Below are positions 25,401 to 40,119 of a stretch of 64,000 bases of DNA, in pieces (within the stretch, counting starts at the first letter, position 1; the number at the start of each line of letters is the position of its first letter). Both the position numbers and the translations under genes were made by a program. Location of the stretch: the NCBI GenBank assembly GCA_964016885.1, contig OZ024741.1, positions 108,376,001 to 108,440,000 of the forward strand, in the 5' to 3' direction. The notes below the pieces were generated by a model. The model saw only the letters and a program-made list of their open reading frames with translations, had not been told where the DNA came from and did not search any database. Source of the stretch: Eledone cirrhosa. Its lineage: Eukaryota.

Positions 25401-28400
25401 GGTGGTCACAGTGGTGATGGTAGTGATGGTTGTGATGATGTTGTTGTTGTTGGTGGTGACAGTGGTGATGGTAGTGATGGTTGTGATGTTGTTGTTGTTG
25501 TTGGTGGTGACAGTGGTGATGGTAGTGATGGTTGTGATGTTGTTGTTGTTGGTGGTGACAGTGGTGATGGTAGTGATGGTTGTGATGATGTTGGTGGTTG
25601 TGGTGACAGTGGTGATGGTAGTGATGGTTGTGATGTTGTTGGTGGTGGTGGTGACAGTGGTGATGGTAGTGATGGTTGTGATGTTGTTTTTGTTGGTGGT
25701 GACAGAGGTGATGGTAGTGATGGTTGTGATGATGTTGTTGTTGTTGGTGGTGACAGTGGTGATGGTAGTGATGGTTGTGATGTTGTTGTTGTTGTTGGTG
25801 GTGACAGTGGTGATGGTAGTGATGGTTGTGATGTTGTTGTTGTTGGTGGTGACAGTGGTGATGGTAGTGATGGTTGTGATGTTGTTGTTGTTGTTGGTGG
25901 TGACAGTGGTGATGGTAGTGATGGTTGTGATGTTGTTCTTGTTGGTGGTGACAGTGGTGATGGTAGTGATGGTTGTGATGATGTTGGTGGTGGTGGTGAC
26001 GGTGGTGATGGTAGTGATTGTTGTGATGAAGATGTTGGTGGTGACAGTGGTGATGGTAGTGATGGTTGTGATGATGGTGGTGGTCGTGACAGTGGTGATG
26101 GTAGTGATGGTTGTGATGTTGTTGTTGTTGGTGGTGACAGTGGTGATGGTAGTGATGGTTGTGATGATGTTGTTGTTGTTGGTGGTGACAGTGGTGATGG
26201 TAGTGATGGTTGTGATGTTGTTGTTGTTGTTGGTGGTGACAGTGGTGATGGTAGTGATGGTTGTGATGTTGTTGTTGTTGGTGGTGACAGTGGTGATGGT
26301 AGTGATGGTTGTGATGATGTTGGTGGTGGTGGTGACAGTGGTGATGGTAGTGATGGTTGTGATGTTGTTGGTGGTGGTGGTGACAGTGGTGATGGTAGTG
26401 ATGGTTGTGATGTTGTTTTTGTTGGTGGTGACAGTGGTGATGGTAGTGATGGTTGTGATGATGTTGTTGTTGTTGGTGGTGACAGTGGTGATGGTAGTGA
26501 TGGTTGTGATGTTGTTGTTGTTGTTGGTGGTGACAGTGGTGATGGTAGTGATGGTTGTGATGTTGTTGTTGTTGTTGGTGGTGACAGTGGTGATGGTAGT
26601 GATGGTTGTGATGTTGTTCTTGTTGGTGGTGACAGTGGTGATGGTAGTGATGGTTGTGATGATGTTGTTGGTGGTGACAGTGGTGATGGTAGTGATGGTT
26701 GTGATGTTGTTGTTGGTGGTGGTGACAGTGGTGATGGTAGTGATGGTTGTGATGATGTTGGTGGTGGTGACAGTGGTGATGGTAGTGATGGTTGTGATGT
26801 TGTTGTTGGTGGTGACAGTGGTGATGGTAGTGATGGTTGTGATGTTGTTGTTGTTGGTGGTGACAGTGGTGATGGTAGTGATGGTTGTGATGATGTTGGT
26901 GGTGGTGGTGACAGTGGTGATGGTAGTGATGGTTGTGATGATGTTGGTGGTGGTGGTGACAGTGGTGATGGTAGTGATGGTTGTGATGATGTTGGTGGTG
27001 GTGGTGACAGTGGTGATGGTAGTGATGGTTGTGATGATGTTGGTGGTGGTGACAATGGTGATGGTAGTGATGGTTGTGATGTTGTTGTTGGTGGTGGTGA
27101 CAGTGGTGATGGTAGTAATGGTTGTGATGTTGTTGGTGGTGGTGACAGTGGTGATGGTTGTGATGGTTGTGATGATGTTGGTGGTGGTGGTGACAGTGGT
27201 GATGGTAGTGATTGTTGTGATGTTGTTGTTGGTGGTGACAGTGGTGATGGTAGTGATGGTTGTGATGATGTTGGTGGTGGTGGTGACAGTGGTGATGGTA
27301 GTGATGTTTGTGATTATGTTGGTGGTGGTGGTGGTGACAGTGGTGATGGTAGTGATGGTTGTGATGTTGTTGGTGGTGGTGACAGTGGTGATGGTTGTGA
27401 TGGTTGTGATGATGTTGGTGGTGGTGGTGACAGTAGTGATGGTAGTGATGGTTGTGATGTTGTTGGTGGTGGTGACAGTGGTGATGGTTGTGATGGTTGT
27501 GATGGTGTTGGTGGTGGTGATGACAGTGGTGATGGTAGTGATGGTTGTGATGATGTTGGTGGTGGTGGTGACAATGGTGATGGTATTGATGGTTGTGATG
27601 ATGTTGGTGGTGGTGACAGTGGTGATGGTAGTGATGGTTGAGATGTTGTTGTTGTTGGTGGTGGTGACAGTGGTGATGGTAGTGGTGGTTGTGATGATGT
27701 TGGTGGTGGTGGTGGTGACAATGGTGATGATAGTGATGGTTGTGATGTTGGTGGTGGTGATGGTATTGATGGTTGTGATGATGTTGGTGGTGGTGGTGAC
27801 AGTGGTGATGGTAGTGATGGTTGTGATGTTGTTGTTGGTGGTGACAGTGGGGATGGTAGTGATGGTTGTGATGATGTTGGTGGTGGTGACAGTGGTGATG
27901 GTAGTGATGGTTGTGATGATGTTGGTGGTGGTGGTGACAGTGGTGATGGTAGTGATGGTTGTGATGTTGTTGTTGTTGGTGGTGACAGTGGTGATGGTAG
28001 TGATGGTTGTGATGATGTTGGTGGTGGTGGTGGTGACAGTGGTGATGGTAGTGATGGTTGTGATGTTGTTGTTGTTGGTGGTGACAGTGGTCATGGTAGT
28101 GATGGTTGTGATGATGTTGGTGGTGGTGGCAGTGGTGATGGTAGTGATGGTTGTGATGATGATGTTGGTGGTGGTGGTGACAGTGGTGATGGTAGTGATG
28201 GTTGTGATGTTGTTGTTGTTGGTGGTGACAGTGGTGATGGTAGTGATGGTTGTGATGTTGTTGTTGTTGGTGGTGACAGTGGTGATGGTAGTGATGGTTG
28301 TGATGTTGTTGTTGTTGGTGGTGACAGTGGTGATGGTAGTGATGGTTGTGATGTTGTTGTTGTTGGTGGTGACAGTGGTGATGGTAGTGATGGTTGTGAT

Positions 28401-31400
28401 GTTGTTGTTGTTGGTGGTGACAGTGGTGATGGTAGTGTTGGTTGTGATGTTGTTGTTGTTGGTGGTGACAGTGGTGATGGTAGTGATGGTTGTGATGTTG
28501 TTGTTGTTGGTGGTGACAGTGGTGATGGTAGTGATGGTTGTGATGATGTTGTTGTTGTTGGTGGTGACAGTGGTGATGGTAGTGATGGTTGTGATGTTGT
28601 TGTTGTTGTTGGTGGTGACAGTGGTGATGGTAGTGATGGTTGTGATGTTGTTGTTGTTGGTGGTGACAGTGGTGATAGTAGTGATGGTTGTGATGATGTT
28701 GGTGGTGGTGGTGACAGTGGTGATGGTAGTGCTGGTTGTGATGTTGTTGGTGGTGGTGGTGACAGTGGTGATGGTAGTGATGGTTGTGATGTTGTTTTTG
28801 TTGGTGGTGACAGAGGTGATGGTAGTGATGGTTGTGATGATGTTGTTGTTGTTGGTGGTGACAGTGGTGATGGTAGTGATGGTTGTGATGTTGTTGTTGT
28901 TGTTGGTGGTGACAGTGGTGATGGTAGTGATGGTTGTGATGTTGTTGTTGTTGGTGGTGACAGTGGTGATGGTAGTGATGGTTGTGATGTTGTTGTTGTT
29001 GTTGGTGGTGACAGTGGTGATGGTAGTGATGGTTGTGATGTTGTTCTTGTTGGTGGTGACAGTGGTGATGGTAGTGATGGTTGTGATGATGTTGGTGGTG
29101 GTGGTGACGGTGGTGATGGTAGTGATTGTTGTGATGAAGATGTTGGTGGTGACAGTGGTGATGGTAGTGATGGTTGTGATGATGGTGGTGGTCGTGACAG
29201 TGGTGATGGTAGTGATGGTTGTGATGTTGTTGTTGTTGGTGGTGACAGTGGTGATGGTAGTGATGGTTGTGATGTTGTTGTTGTTGGTGGTGACAGTGGT
29301 GATGGTAGTGATGGTTGTGATGTTGTTGTTGTTGGTGGTGACAGTGGTGATGGTAGTGATGGTTGTGATGTTGTTGTTGTTGGTGGTGACAGTGGTGATG
29401 GTAGTGATGGTTGTGATGTTGTTGTTGTTGGTGGTGACAGTGGTGATGGTAGTGTTGGTTGTGATGTTGTTGTTGTTGGTGGTGACAATGGTGATGGTAG
29501 TGATGGTTGTGATGTTGTTGTTGGTGGTGGTGACAGTGGTGATGGTAGTGATGGTTGTGATGATGTTGTTGTTGTTGGTGGTGACAGTGGTGATGGTAGT
29601 GATGGTTGTGATGTTGTTGTTGTTGTTGGTGGTGACAGTGGTGATGGTAGTGATGGTTGTGATGTTGTTGTTGTTGGTGGTGACAGTGGTGATGGTAGTG
29701 ATGGTTGTGATGATGTTGGTGGTGGTGGTGACAGTGGTGATGGTAGTGATGGTTGTGATGTTGTTGGTGGTGGTGGTGACAGTGGTGATGGTAGTGATGG
29801 TTGTGATGTTGTTTTTGTTGGTGGTGACAGTGGTGATGGTAGTGATGGTTGTGATGATGTTGTTGTTGTTGGTGGTGACAGTGGTGATGGTAGTGATGGT
29901 TGTGATGTTGTTGTTGTTGTTGGTGGTGACAGTGGTGATGGTAGTGATGGTTGTGATGTTGTTGTTGTTGTTGGTGGTGACAGTGGTGATGGTAGTGATG
30001 GTTGTGATGTTGTTCTTGTTGGTGGTGACAGTGGTGATGGTAGTGATGGTTGTGATGATGTTGTTGGTGATGACAGTGGTGATGGTAGTGATGGTTGTGA
30101 TGTTGTTGTTGGTGGTGGTGACAGTGGTGATGGTAGTGATGGTTGTGATGATGTTGGTGGTGGTGACAGTGGTGATGGTAGTGATGGTTGTGATGTTGTT
30201 GTTGGTGGTGACAGTGGTGATGGTAGTGATGGTTGTGATGTTGTTGTTGTTGGTGGTGACAGTGGTGATGGTAGTGATGGTTGTGATGATGTTGGTGGTG
30301 GTGGTGACAGTGGTGATGGTAGTGATGGTTGTGATGATGTTGGTGGTGGTGGTGACAGTGGTGATGGTAGTGATGGTTGTGATGATGTTGGTGGTGGTGG
30401 TGACAGTGGTGATGGTAGTGATGGTTGTGATGATGTTGGTGGTGGTGACAATGGTGATGGTAGTGATGGTTGTGATGTTGTTGTTGGTGGTGGTGACAGT
30501 GGTGATGGTAGTAATGGTTGTGATGTTGTTGGTGGTGGTGACAGTGGTGATGGTTGTGATGGTTGTGATGGTGTTGGTGGTGGTGATGACAGTGGTGATG
30601 GTAGTGATGGTTGTGATGATGTTGGTGGTGGTGGTGACAGTGGTGATGGTAGTGATTGTTGTGATGTTGTTGTTGGTGGTGACAGTGGTGATGGTAGTGA
30701 TGGTTGTGATGATGTTGTTGGTGGTGGTGACAGTGGTGATGGTAGTGATGTTTGTGATTATGTTGGTGGTGGTGGTGGTGACAGTGGTGATGGTAGTGAT
30801 GGTTGTGATGTTGTTGGTGGTGGTGACAGTGGTGATGGTTGTGATGGTTGTGATGATGTTGGTGGTGGTGGTGACAGTAGTGATGGTAGTGATGGTTGTG
30901 ATGTTGTTGGTGGTGGTGACAGTGGTGATGGTTGTGATGGTTGTGATGGTGTTGGTGGTGGTGATGACAGTGGTGATGGTAGTGATGGTTGTGATGATGT
31001 TGGTGGTGGTGGTGACAATGGTGATGGTATTGATGGTTGTGATGATGTTGGTGGTGGTGACAGTGGTGATGGTAGTGATGGTTGAGATGTTGTTGTTGTT
31101 GGTGGTGGTGACAGTGGTGATGGTAGTGGTGGTTGTGATGATGTTGGTGGTGGTGGTGGTGACAATGGTGATGATAGTGATGGTTGTGATGTTGGTGGTG
31201 GTGATGGTATTGATGGTTGTGATGATGTTGGTGGTGGTGGTGACAGTGGTGATGGTAGTGATGGTTGTGATGTTGTTGTTGGTGGTGACAGTGGGGATGG
31301 TAGTGATGGTTGTGATGATGTTGGTGGTGGTGACAGTGGTGATGGTAGTGATGGTTGTGATGATGTTGGTGGTGGTGGTGACAGTGGTGATGGTAGTGAT

Positions 31401-34400
31401 GGTTGTGATGTTGTTGTTGTTGGTGGTGACAGTGGTGATGGTAGTGATGGTTGTGATGATGTTGGTGGTGGTGGTGGTGACAGTGGTGATGGTAGTGATG
31501 GTTGTGATGTTGTTGTTGTTGGTGGTGACAGTGGTCATGGTAGTGATGGTTGTGATGATGTTGGTGGTGGTGGCAGTGGTGATGGTAGTGATGGTTGTGA
31601 TGATGATGTTGGTGGTGGTGGTGACAGTGGTGATGGTAGTGATGGTTGTGATGTTGTTGTTGTTGGTGGTGACAGTGGTGATGGTAGTGATGGTTGTGAT
31701 GTTGTTGTTGTTGGTGGTGACAGTGGTGATGGTAGTGATGGTTGTGATGTTGTTGTTGTTGGTGGTGACAGTGGTGATGGTAGTGATGGTTGTGATGTTG
31801 TTGTTGTTGGTGGTGACAGTGGTGATGGTAGTGATGGTTGTGATGTTGTTGTTGTTGGTGGTGACAGTGGTGATGGTAGTGGTGGTTGTGATGATGTTGT
31901 TGGTGGTGACAGTGGTGATGGTAGTGATGGTTGTGATGATGTTGGTGGTGGTGACAGTGGTGATGGTAGTGGTGGTTGTGATGATGTTGTTGGTGGTGAC
32001 AGTGGTGATGGTAGTGATGGTTGTGATGATGTTGGTGGTGGTGACAGTGGTGATGGTAGTGATGGTTGTGATGATGTTGGTGGTGGTGGTGACGGTGGTG
32101 ATGGTAGTGATTGTTGTGATGAAGATGTTTGTGGTGACAGTGGTGATGGTAGTGATGGTTGTGATGATGGTGGTGGTCGTGACAGTGGTGATGGTAGTGA
32201 TGGTTGTGATGTTGTTGTTGTTGGTGGTGACAGTGGTGATGGTAGTGATGGTTGTGATGATGTTGTTGTTGTTGGTGGTGACAGTGGTGATGGTAGTGAT
32301 GGTTGTGATGTTGTTGTTGTTGTTGGTGGTGACAGTGGTGATGGTAGTGATGGTTGTGATGTTGTTGTTGTTGGTGGTGACAGTGGTGATGGTAGTGATG
32401 GTTGTGATGATGTTGGTGGTTGTGGTGACAGTGGTGATGGTAGTGATGGTTGTGATGTTGTTGGTGGTGGTGGTGACAGTGGTGATGGTAGTGATGGTTG
32501 TGATGTTGTTTTTGTTGGTGGTGACAGAGGTGATGGTAGTGATGGTTGTGATGATGTTGTTGTTGTTGGTGGTGACAGTGGTGATGGTAGTGATGGTTGT
32601 GATGTTGTTGTTGTTGTTGGTGGTGACAGTGGTGATGGTAGTGATGGTTGTGATGTTGTTGTTGTTGGTGGTGACAGTGGTGATGGTAGTGATGGTTGTG
32701 ATGTTGTTGTTGTTGTTGGTGGTGACAGTGGTGATGGTAGTGATGGTTGTGATGTTGTTCTTGTTGGTGGTGACAGTGGTGATGGTAGTGATGGTTGTGA
32801 TGATGTTGGTGGTGGTGGTGACGGTGGTGATGGTAGTGATTGTTGTGATGAAGATGTTGGTGGTGACAGTGGTGATGGTAGTGATGGTTGTGATGATGGT
32901 GGTGGTCGTGACAGTGGTGATGGTAGTGATGGTTGTGATGTTGTTGTTGTTGGTGGTGACAGTGGTGATGGTAGTGATGGTTGTGATGATGTTGTTGTTG
33001 TTGGTGGTGACAGTGGTGATGGTAGTGATGGTTGTGATGTTGTTGTTGTTGTTGGTGGTGACAGTGGTGATGGTAGTGATGGTTGTGATGTTGTTGTTGT
33101 TGGTGGTGACAGTGGTGATGGTAGTGATGGTTGTGATGATGTTGGTGGTGGTGGTGACAGTGGTGATGGTAGTGATGGTTGTGATGTTGTTGGTGGTGGT
33201 GGTGACAGTGGTGATGGTAGTGATGGTTGTGATGTTGTTTTTGTTGGTGGTGACAGTGGTGATGGTAGTGATGGTTGTGATGATGTTGTTGTTGTTGGTG
33301 GTGACAGTGGTGATGGTAGTGATGGTTGTGATGTTGTTGTTGTTGTTGGTGGTGACAGTGGTGATGGTAGTGATGGTTGTGATGTTGTTGTTGTTGTTGG
33401 TGGTGACAGTGGTGATGGTAGTGATGGTTGTGATGTTGTTCTTGTTGGTGGTGACAGTGGTGATGGTAGTGATGGTTGTGATGATGTTGTTGGTGGTGAC
33501 AGTGGTGATGGTAGTGATGGTTGTGATGTTGTTGTTGGTGGTGGTGACAGTGGTGATGGTAGTGATGGTTGTGATGATGTTGGTGGTGGTGACAGTGGTG
33601 ATGGTAGTGATGGTTGTGATGTTGTTGTTGGTGGTGACAGTGGTGATGGTAGTGATGGTTGTGATGTTGTTGTTTTTGGTGGTGACAGTGGTGATGGTAG
33701 TGATGGTTGTGATGATGTTGGTGGTGGTGGTGACAGTGGTGATGGTAGTGATGGTTGTGATGATGTTGGTGGTGGTGGTGACAGTGGTGATGGTAGTGAT
33801 GGTTGTGATGATGTTGGTGGTGGTGGTGACAGTGGTGATGGTAGTGATGGTTGTGATGATGTTGGTGGTGGTGACAATGGTGATGGTAGTGATGGTTGTG
33901 ATGTTGTTGTTGGTGGTGGTGACAGTGGTGATGGTAGTAATGGTTGTGATGTTGTTGGTGGTGGTGACAGTGGTGATGGTTGTGATGGTTGTGATGATGT
34001 TGGTGGTGGTGGTGACAGTGGTGATGGTAGTGATTGTTGTGATGTTGTTGTTGGTGGTGACAGTGGTGATGGTAGTGATGGTTGTGATGATGTTGGTGGT
34101 GGTGGTGACAGTGGTGATGGTAGTGATGTTTGTGATTATGTTGGTGGTGGTGGTGGTGACAGTGGTGATGGTAGTGATGGTTGTGATGTTGTTGGTGGTG
34201 GTGACAGTGGTGATGGTTGTGATGGTTGTGATGATGTTGGTGGTGGTGGTGACAGTAGTGATGGTAGTGATGGTTGTGATGTTGTTGGTGGTGGTGACAG
34301 TGGTGATGGTTGTGATGGTTGTGATGGTGTTGGTGGTGGTGATGACAGTGGTGATGGTAGTGATGGTTGTGATGATGTTGGTGGTGGTGGTGACAATGGT

Positions 34401-37400
34401 GATGGTATTGATGGTTGTGATGATGTTGGTGGTGGTGACAGTGGTGATGGTAGTGATGGTTGAGATGTTGTTGTTGTTGGTGGTGGTGACAGTGGTGATG
34501 GTAGTGGTGGTTGTGATGATGTTGGTGGTGGTGGTGGTGACAATGGTGATGATAGTGATGGTTGTGATGTTGGTGGTGGTGATGGTATTGATGGTTGTGA
34601 TGATGTTGGTGGTGGTGGTGACAGTGGTGATGGTAGTGATGGTTGTGATGTTGTTGTTGGTGGTGACAGTGGGGATGGTAGTGATGGTTGTGATGATGTT
34701 GGTGGTGGTGACAGTGGTGATGGTAGTGATGGTTGTGATGATGTTGGTGGTGGTGGTGACAGTGGTGATGGTAGTGATGGTTGTGATGTTGTTGTTGTTG
34801 GTGGTGACAGTGGTGATGGTAGTGATGGTTGTGATGATGTTGGTGGTGGTGGTGGTGACAGTGGTGATGGTAGTGATGGTTGTGATGTTGTTGTTGTTGG
34901 TGGTGACAGTGGTCATGGTAGTGATGGTTGTGATGATGTTGGTGGTGGTGGCAGTGGTGATGGTAGTGATGGTTGTGATGATGATGTTGGTGGTGGTGGT
35001 GACAGTGGTGATGGTAGTGATGGTTGTGATGTTGTTGTTGTTGGTGGTGACAGTGGTGATGGTAGTGATGGTTGTGATGTTGTTGTTGTTGGTGGTGACA
35101 GTGGTGATGGTAGTGATGGTTGTGATGTTGTTGTTGTTGGTGGTGACAGTGGTGATGGTAGTGATGGTTGTGATGTTGTTGTTGTTGGTGGTGACAGTGG
35201 TGATGGTAGTGATGGTTGTGATGTTGTTGTTGTTGGTGGTGACAGTGGTGATGGTAGTGTTGGTTGTGATGTTGTTGTTGTTGGTGGTGGCAGTGGTGAT
35301 GGTAGTGATGGTTGTGATGTTGTTGTTGTTGGTGGTGACAGTGGTGATGGTAGTGATGGTTGTGATGATGTTGTTGTTGTTGGTGGTGACAGTGGTGATG
35401 GTAGTGATGGTTGTGATGTTGTTGTTGTTGTTGGTGGTGACAGTGGTGATGGTAGTGATGGTTGTGATGTTGTTGTTGTTGGTGGTGACAGTGGTGATGG
35501 TAGTGATGGTTGTGATGATGTTGGTGGTGGTGGTGACAGTGGTGATGGTAGTGCTGGTTGTGATGTTGTTGGTGGTGGTGGTGACAGTGGTGATGGTAGT
35601 GATGGTTGTGATGTTGTTTTTGTTGGTGGTGACAGAGGTGATGGTAGTGATGGTTGTGATGATGTTGTTGTTGTTGGTGGTGACAGTGGTGATGGTAGTG
35701 ATGGTTGTGATGTTGTTGTTGTTGTTGGTGGTGACAGTGGTGATGGTAGTGATGGTTGTGATGTTGTTGTTGTTGGTGGTGACAGTGGTGATGGTAGTGA
35801 TGGTTGTGATGTTGTTGTTGTTGTTGGTGGTGACAGTGGTGATGGTAGTGATGGTTGTGATGTTGTTCTTGTTGGTGGTGACAGTGGTGATGGTAGTGAT
35901 GGTTGTGATGATGTTGGTGGTGGTGGTGACGGTGGTGATGGTAGTGATTGTTGTGATGAAGATGTTGGTGGTGACAGTGGTGATGGTAGTGATGGTTGTG
36001 ATGATGGTGGTGGTCGTGACAGTGGTGATGGTAGTGATGGTTGTGATGTTGTTGTTGTTGGTGGTGACAGTGGTGATGGTAGTGATGGTTGTGATGTTGT
36101 TGTTGTTGGTGGTGACAGTGGTGATGGTAGTGATGGTTGTGATGTTGTTGTTGGTGGTGACAGTGGTGATGGTAGTGATGGTTGTGATGTTGTTGTTGTT
36201 GGTGGTGACAGTGGTGATGGTAGTGATGGTTGTGATGTTGTTGTTGTTGGTGGTGACAGTGGTGATGGTAGTGTTGGTTGTGATGTTGTTGTTGTTGGTG
36301 GTGACAATGGTGATGGTAGTGATGGTTGTGATGTTGTTGTTGGTGGTGGTGACAGTGGTGATGGTAGTGATGGTTGTGATGATGTTGTTGTTGTTGGTGG
36401 TGACAGTGGTGATGGTAGTGATGGTTGTGATGTTGTTGTTGTTGTTGGTGGTGACAGTGGTGATGGTAGTGATGGTTGTGATGTTGTTGTTGTTGGTGGT
36501 GACAGTGGTGATGGTAGTGATGGTTGTGATGATGTTGGTGGTGGTGGTGACAGTGGTGATGGTAGTGATGGTTGTGATGTTGTTGGTGGTGGTGGTGACA
36601 GTGGTGATGGTAGTGATGGTTGTGATGTTGTTTTTGTTGGTGGTGACAGTGGTGATGGTAGTGATGGTTGTGATGATGTTGTTGTTGTTGGTGGTGACAG
36701 TGGTGATGGTAGTGATGGTTGTGATGTTGTTGTTGTTGTTGGTGGTGACAGTGGTGATGGTAGTGATGGTTGTGATGTTGTTGTTGTTGTTGGTGGTGAC
36801 AGTGGTGATGGTAGTGATGGTTGTGATGTTGTTCTTGTTGGTGGTGACAGTGGTGATGGTAGTGATGGTTGTGATGATGTTGTTGGTGATGACAGTGGTG
36901 ATGGTAGTGATGGTTGTGATGTTGTTGTTGGTGGTGGTGACAGTGGTGATGGTAGTGATGGTTGTGATGATGTTGGTGGTGGTGACAGTGGTGATGGTAG
37001 TGATGGTTGTGATGTTGTTGTTGGTGGTGACAGTGGTGATGGTAGTGATGGTTGTGATGTTGTTGTTGTTGGTGGTGACAGTGGTGATGGTAGTGATGGT
37101 TGTGATGATGTTGGTGGTGGTGGTGACAGTGGTGATGGTAGTGATGGTTGTGATGATGTTGGTGGTGGTGGTGACAGTGGTGATGGTAGTGATGGTTGTG
37201 ATGATGTTGGTGGTGGTGGTGACAGTGGTGATGGTAGTGATGGTTGTGATGATGTTGGTGGTGGTGACAATGGTGATGGTAGTGATGGTTGTGATGTTGT
37301 TGTTGGTGGTGGTGACAGTGGTGATGGTAGTAATGGTTGTGATGTTGTTGGTGGTGGTGACAGTGGTGATGGTTGTGATGGTTGTGATGATGTTGGTGGT

Positions 37401-39000
37401 GGTGGTGACAGTGGTGATGGTAGTGATTGTTGTGATGTTGTTGTTGGTGGTGACAGTGGTGATGGTAGTGATGGTTGTGATGATGTTGGTGGTGGTGGTG
37501 ACAGTGGTGATGGTAGTGATGTTTGTGATTATGTTGGTGGTGGTGGTGGTGACAGTGGTGATGGTAGTGATGGTTGTGATGTTGTTGGTGGTGGTGACAG
37601 TGGTGATGGTTGTGATGGTTGTGATGATGTTGGTGGTGGTGGTGACAGTAGTGATGGTAGTGATGGTTGTGATGTTGTTGGTGGTGGTGACAGTGGTGAT
37701 GGTTGTGATGGTTGTGATGGTGTTGGTGGTGGTGATGACAGTGGTGATGGTAGTGATGGTTGTGATGATGTTGGTGGTGGTGGTGACAATGGTGATGGTA
37801 TTGATGGTTGTGATGATGTTGGTGGTGGTGACAGTGGTGATGGTAGTGATGGTTGAGATGTTGTTGTTGTTGGTGGTGGTGACAGTGGTGATGGTAGTGG
37901 TGGTTGTGATGATGTTGGTGGTGGTGGTGGTGACAATGGTGATGATAGTGATGGTTGTGATGTTGGTGGTGGTGATGGTATTGATGGTTGTGATGATGTT
38001 GGTGGTGGTGGTGACAGTGGTGATGGTAGTGATGGTTGTGATGTTGTTGTTGGTGGTGACAGTGGGGATGGTAGTGATGGTTGTGATGATGTTGGTGGTG
38101 GTGACAGTGGTGATGGTAGTGATGGTTGTGATGATGTTGGTGGTGGTGGTGACAGTGGTGATGGTAGTGATGGTTGTGATGTTGTTGTTGTTGGTGGTGA
38201 CAGTGGTGATGGTAGTGATGGTTGTGATGATGTTGGTGGTGGTGGTGGTGACAGTGGTGATGGTAGTGATGGTTGTGATGTTGTTGTTGTTGGTGGTGAC
38301 AGTGGTCATGGTAGTGATGGTTGTGATGATGTTGGTGGTGGTGGCAGTGGTGATGGTAGTGATGGTTGTGATGATGATGTTGGTGGTGGTGGTGACAGTG
38401 GTGATGGTAGTGATGGTTGTGATGTTGTTGTTGTTGGTGGTGACAGTGGTGATGGTAGTGATGGTTGTGATGTTGTTGTTGTTGGTGGTGACAGTGGTGA
38501 TGGTAGTGATGGTTGTGATGTTGTTGTTGTTGGTGGTGACAGTGGTGATGGTAGTGATGGTTGTGATGTTGTTGTTGTTGGTGGTGACAGTGGTGATGGT
38601 AGTGACGGTTGTGATGTTGTTGTTGTTGGTGGTGACAGTGGTGATGGTAGTGTTGGTTGTGATGTTGTTGTTGTTGGTGGTGACAGTGGTGATGGTAGTG
38701 ATGGTTGTGATGTTGTTGTTGTTGGTGGTGACAGTGGTGATGGTAGTGATGGTTGTGATGATGTTGGTGGTGGTGGCAGTGGTGATGGTAGTGATGGTTG
38801 TGATGATGTTGGTAGTGGTGGTGACAGTGGTGATGGTAGTGATGGTTGTGATGTTGTTGTTGGTGGTGACAGTGGTGATGGTAGTGATGGTTGTGATGAT
38901 GCTGTTGGTGGTGGTGACAGTGGTGATGGTAGTGATGGTTGTGATGATGTTGTTGGTGGTGGTGACAGTGGTGATGGTAGTGATGGTTGTGATGATGTTG
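16500..39000. repeat. ~3.4-3.8 kb higher-order repeat domain with alternating A/B units (boundaries approximate)
   Basis: TGT>TGA marker at 20352, 23793, 27639, 31083, 34461 and 37854; GATTAT marker at 16569, 20025, 23466, 27312, 30756, 34134 and 37527. Confidence 0.92.
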
Positions 39001-40119
39001 TTGGTGGTGGTGACAGTGGTGATGGTAGTCATGGTTGTGATGATGTTGGTGGTGGTGACAGTGGTGATGGTATTGATGGTTGTGATGATGTTGTTGGTGG
39101 TGACAGTGGTGATGGTAGTCATGGTTGTGATGATGTTGGTGGTGGTGACAGTGGTGATGGTATTGATGGTTGTGATGATGTTGTTGGTGGTGACAGTGGT
39201 GATGGTAGTCACGGTTGTGATGATGTTGGTGGTGGTGACAGTGGTGATGGTAGTGGTGGTTGTGATGATGTTGTTGGTGGTGACAGTGGTGATGGTAGTG
39301 ATGGTTGTGATGATGTTGGTGGTGGTGACAGTGGTGATGGTAGTGATGGTTGTGATGATGTTGGTGGTGGTGGTGACAGTGGTGATGGTAGTGATGGTTG
39401 TGATGATGTTGCTGGTGGTGACAGTGGTGATGGTAGTGCTGGTTGTGATGATGTTGTTGGTGGTGACAGTGGTGATGGTAGTGATGGTTGTGATGATGTT
39501 GGTGGTGGTGACAGTGGTGATGGTAGTGATGGTTGTGATGATGTTGGTGGTGGTGGTGACGGTGGTGATGGTCGTGATTGTTGTGATGAAGATGTTGGTG
39601 GTGACAGTGGTGATGGTAGTGATGGTTGTGATGATGGTGGTGGTCGTGACAGTGGTGATGGTAGTGATGGTTGTGATGATGATGTTAGTGGTGGTGGTGA
39701 CAGTGGTGATGGTAGTGATGGTTGTGATGAAGATGTTGGTGGTGACAGTGGTGATGGTAGTGATGGTTGTGATGATGGTGGTGGTCGTGACAGAGGTGAT
39801 GGTAGTGATGGTTGTGATGATGATGTTGGTGGTGGTGGTGACAGTGGGGATGGTAGTGGTGGTTGTGATGATGCTGTTGGTGATGACAGTGGTGATGGTA
39901 GTTATGGTTGTGATGATGTTGGTGGTGGTGACAGTGGTGATGGTAGTGATGGTTGTGATGAAGATGTTGGTGGCGACAGTGGTGATGGTAGTGATGGTTG
40001 TGATGTTGTTGTTGTTGGTGGTGACAATGGTGATGGTAGTGATGATTGTGATGATGATGTTGGTGGTGGTGACAGTGGTGATGGTAGTGATGGTTGTGAT
40101 GTTGTTGTTGTTGTCGGTG

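Noticed and set aside
25407-25413. Exact V(D)J RSS heptamer CACAGTG (consensus GACAGTG is one mismatch away)
   Set aside because: It is a single point variant with no nonamer at 12/23 bp spacing, and the consensus lacks the essential CAC.
39411-39418. E. coli Chi site GCTGGTGG
   Set aside because: It is a chance GTT/GGT>GCT variant in GGT-rich DNA, and RecBCD is irrelevant in an apparently eukaryotic context.
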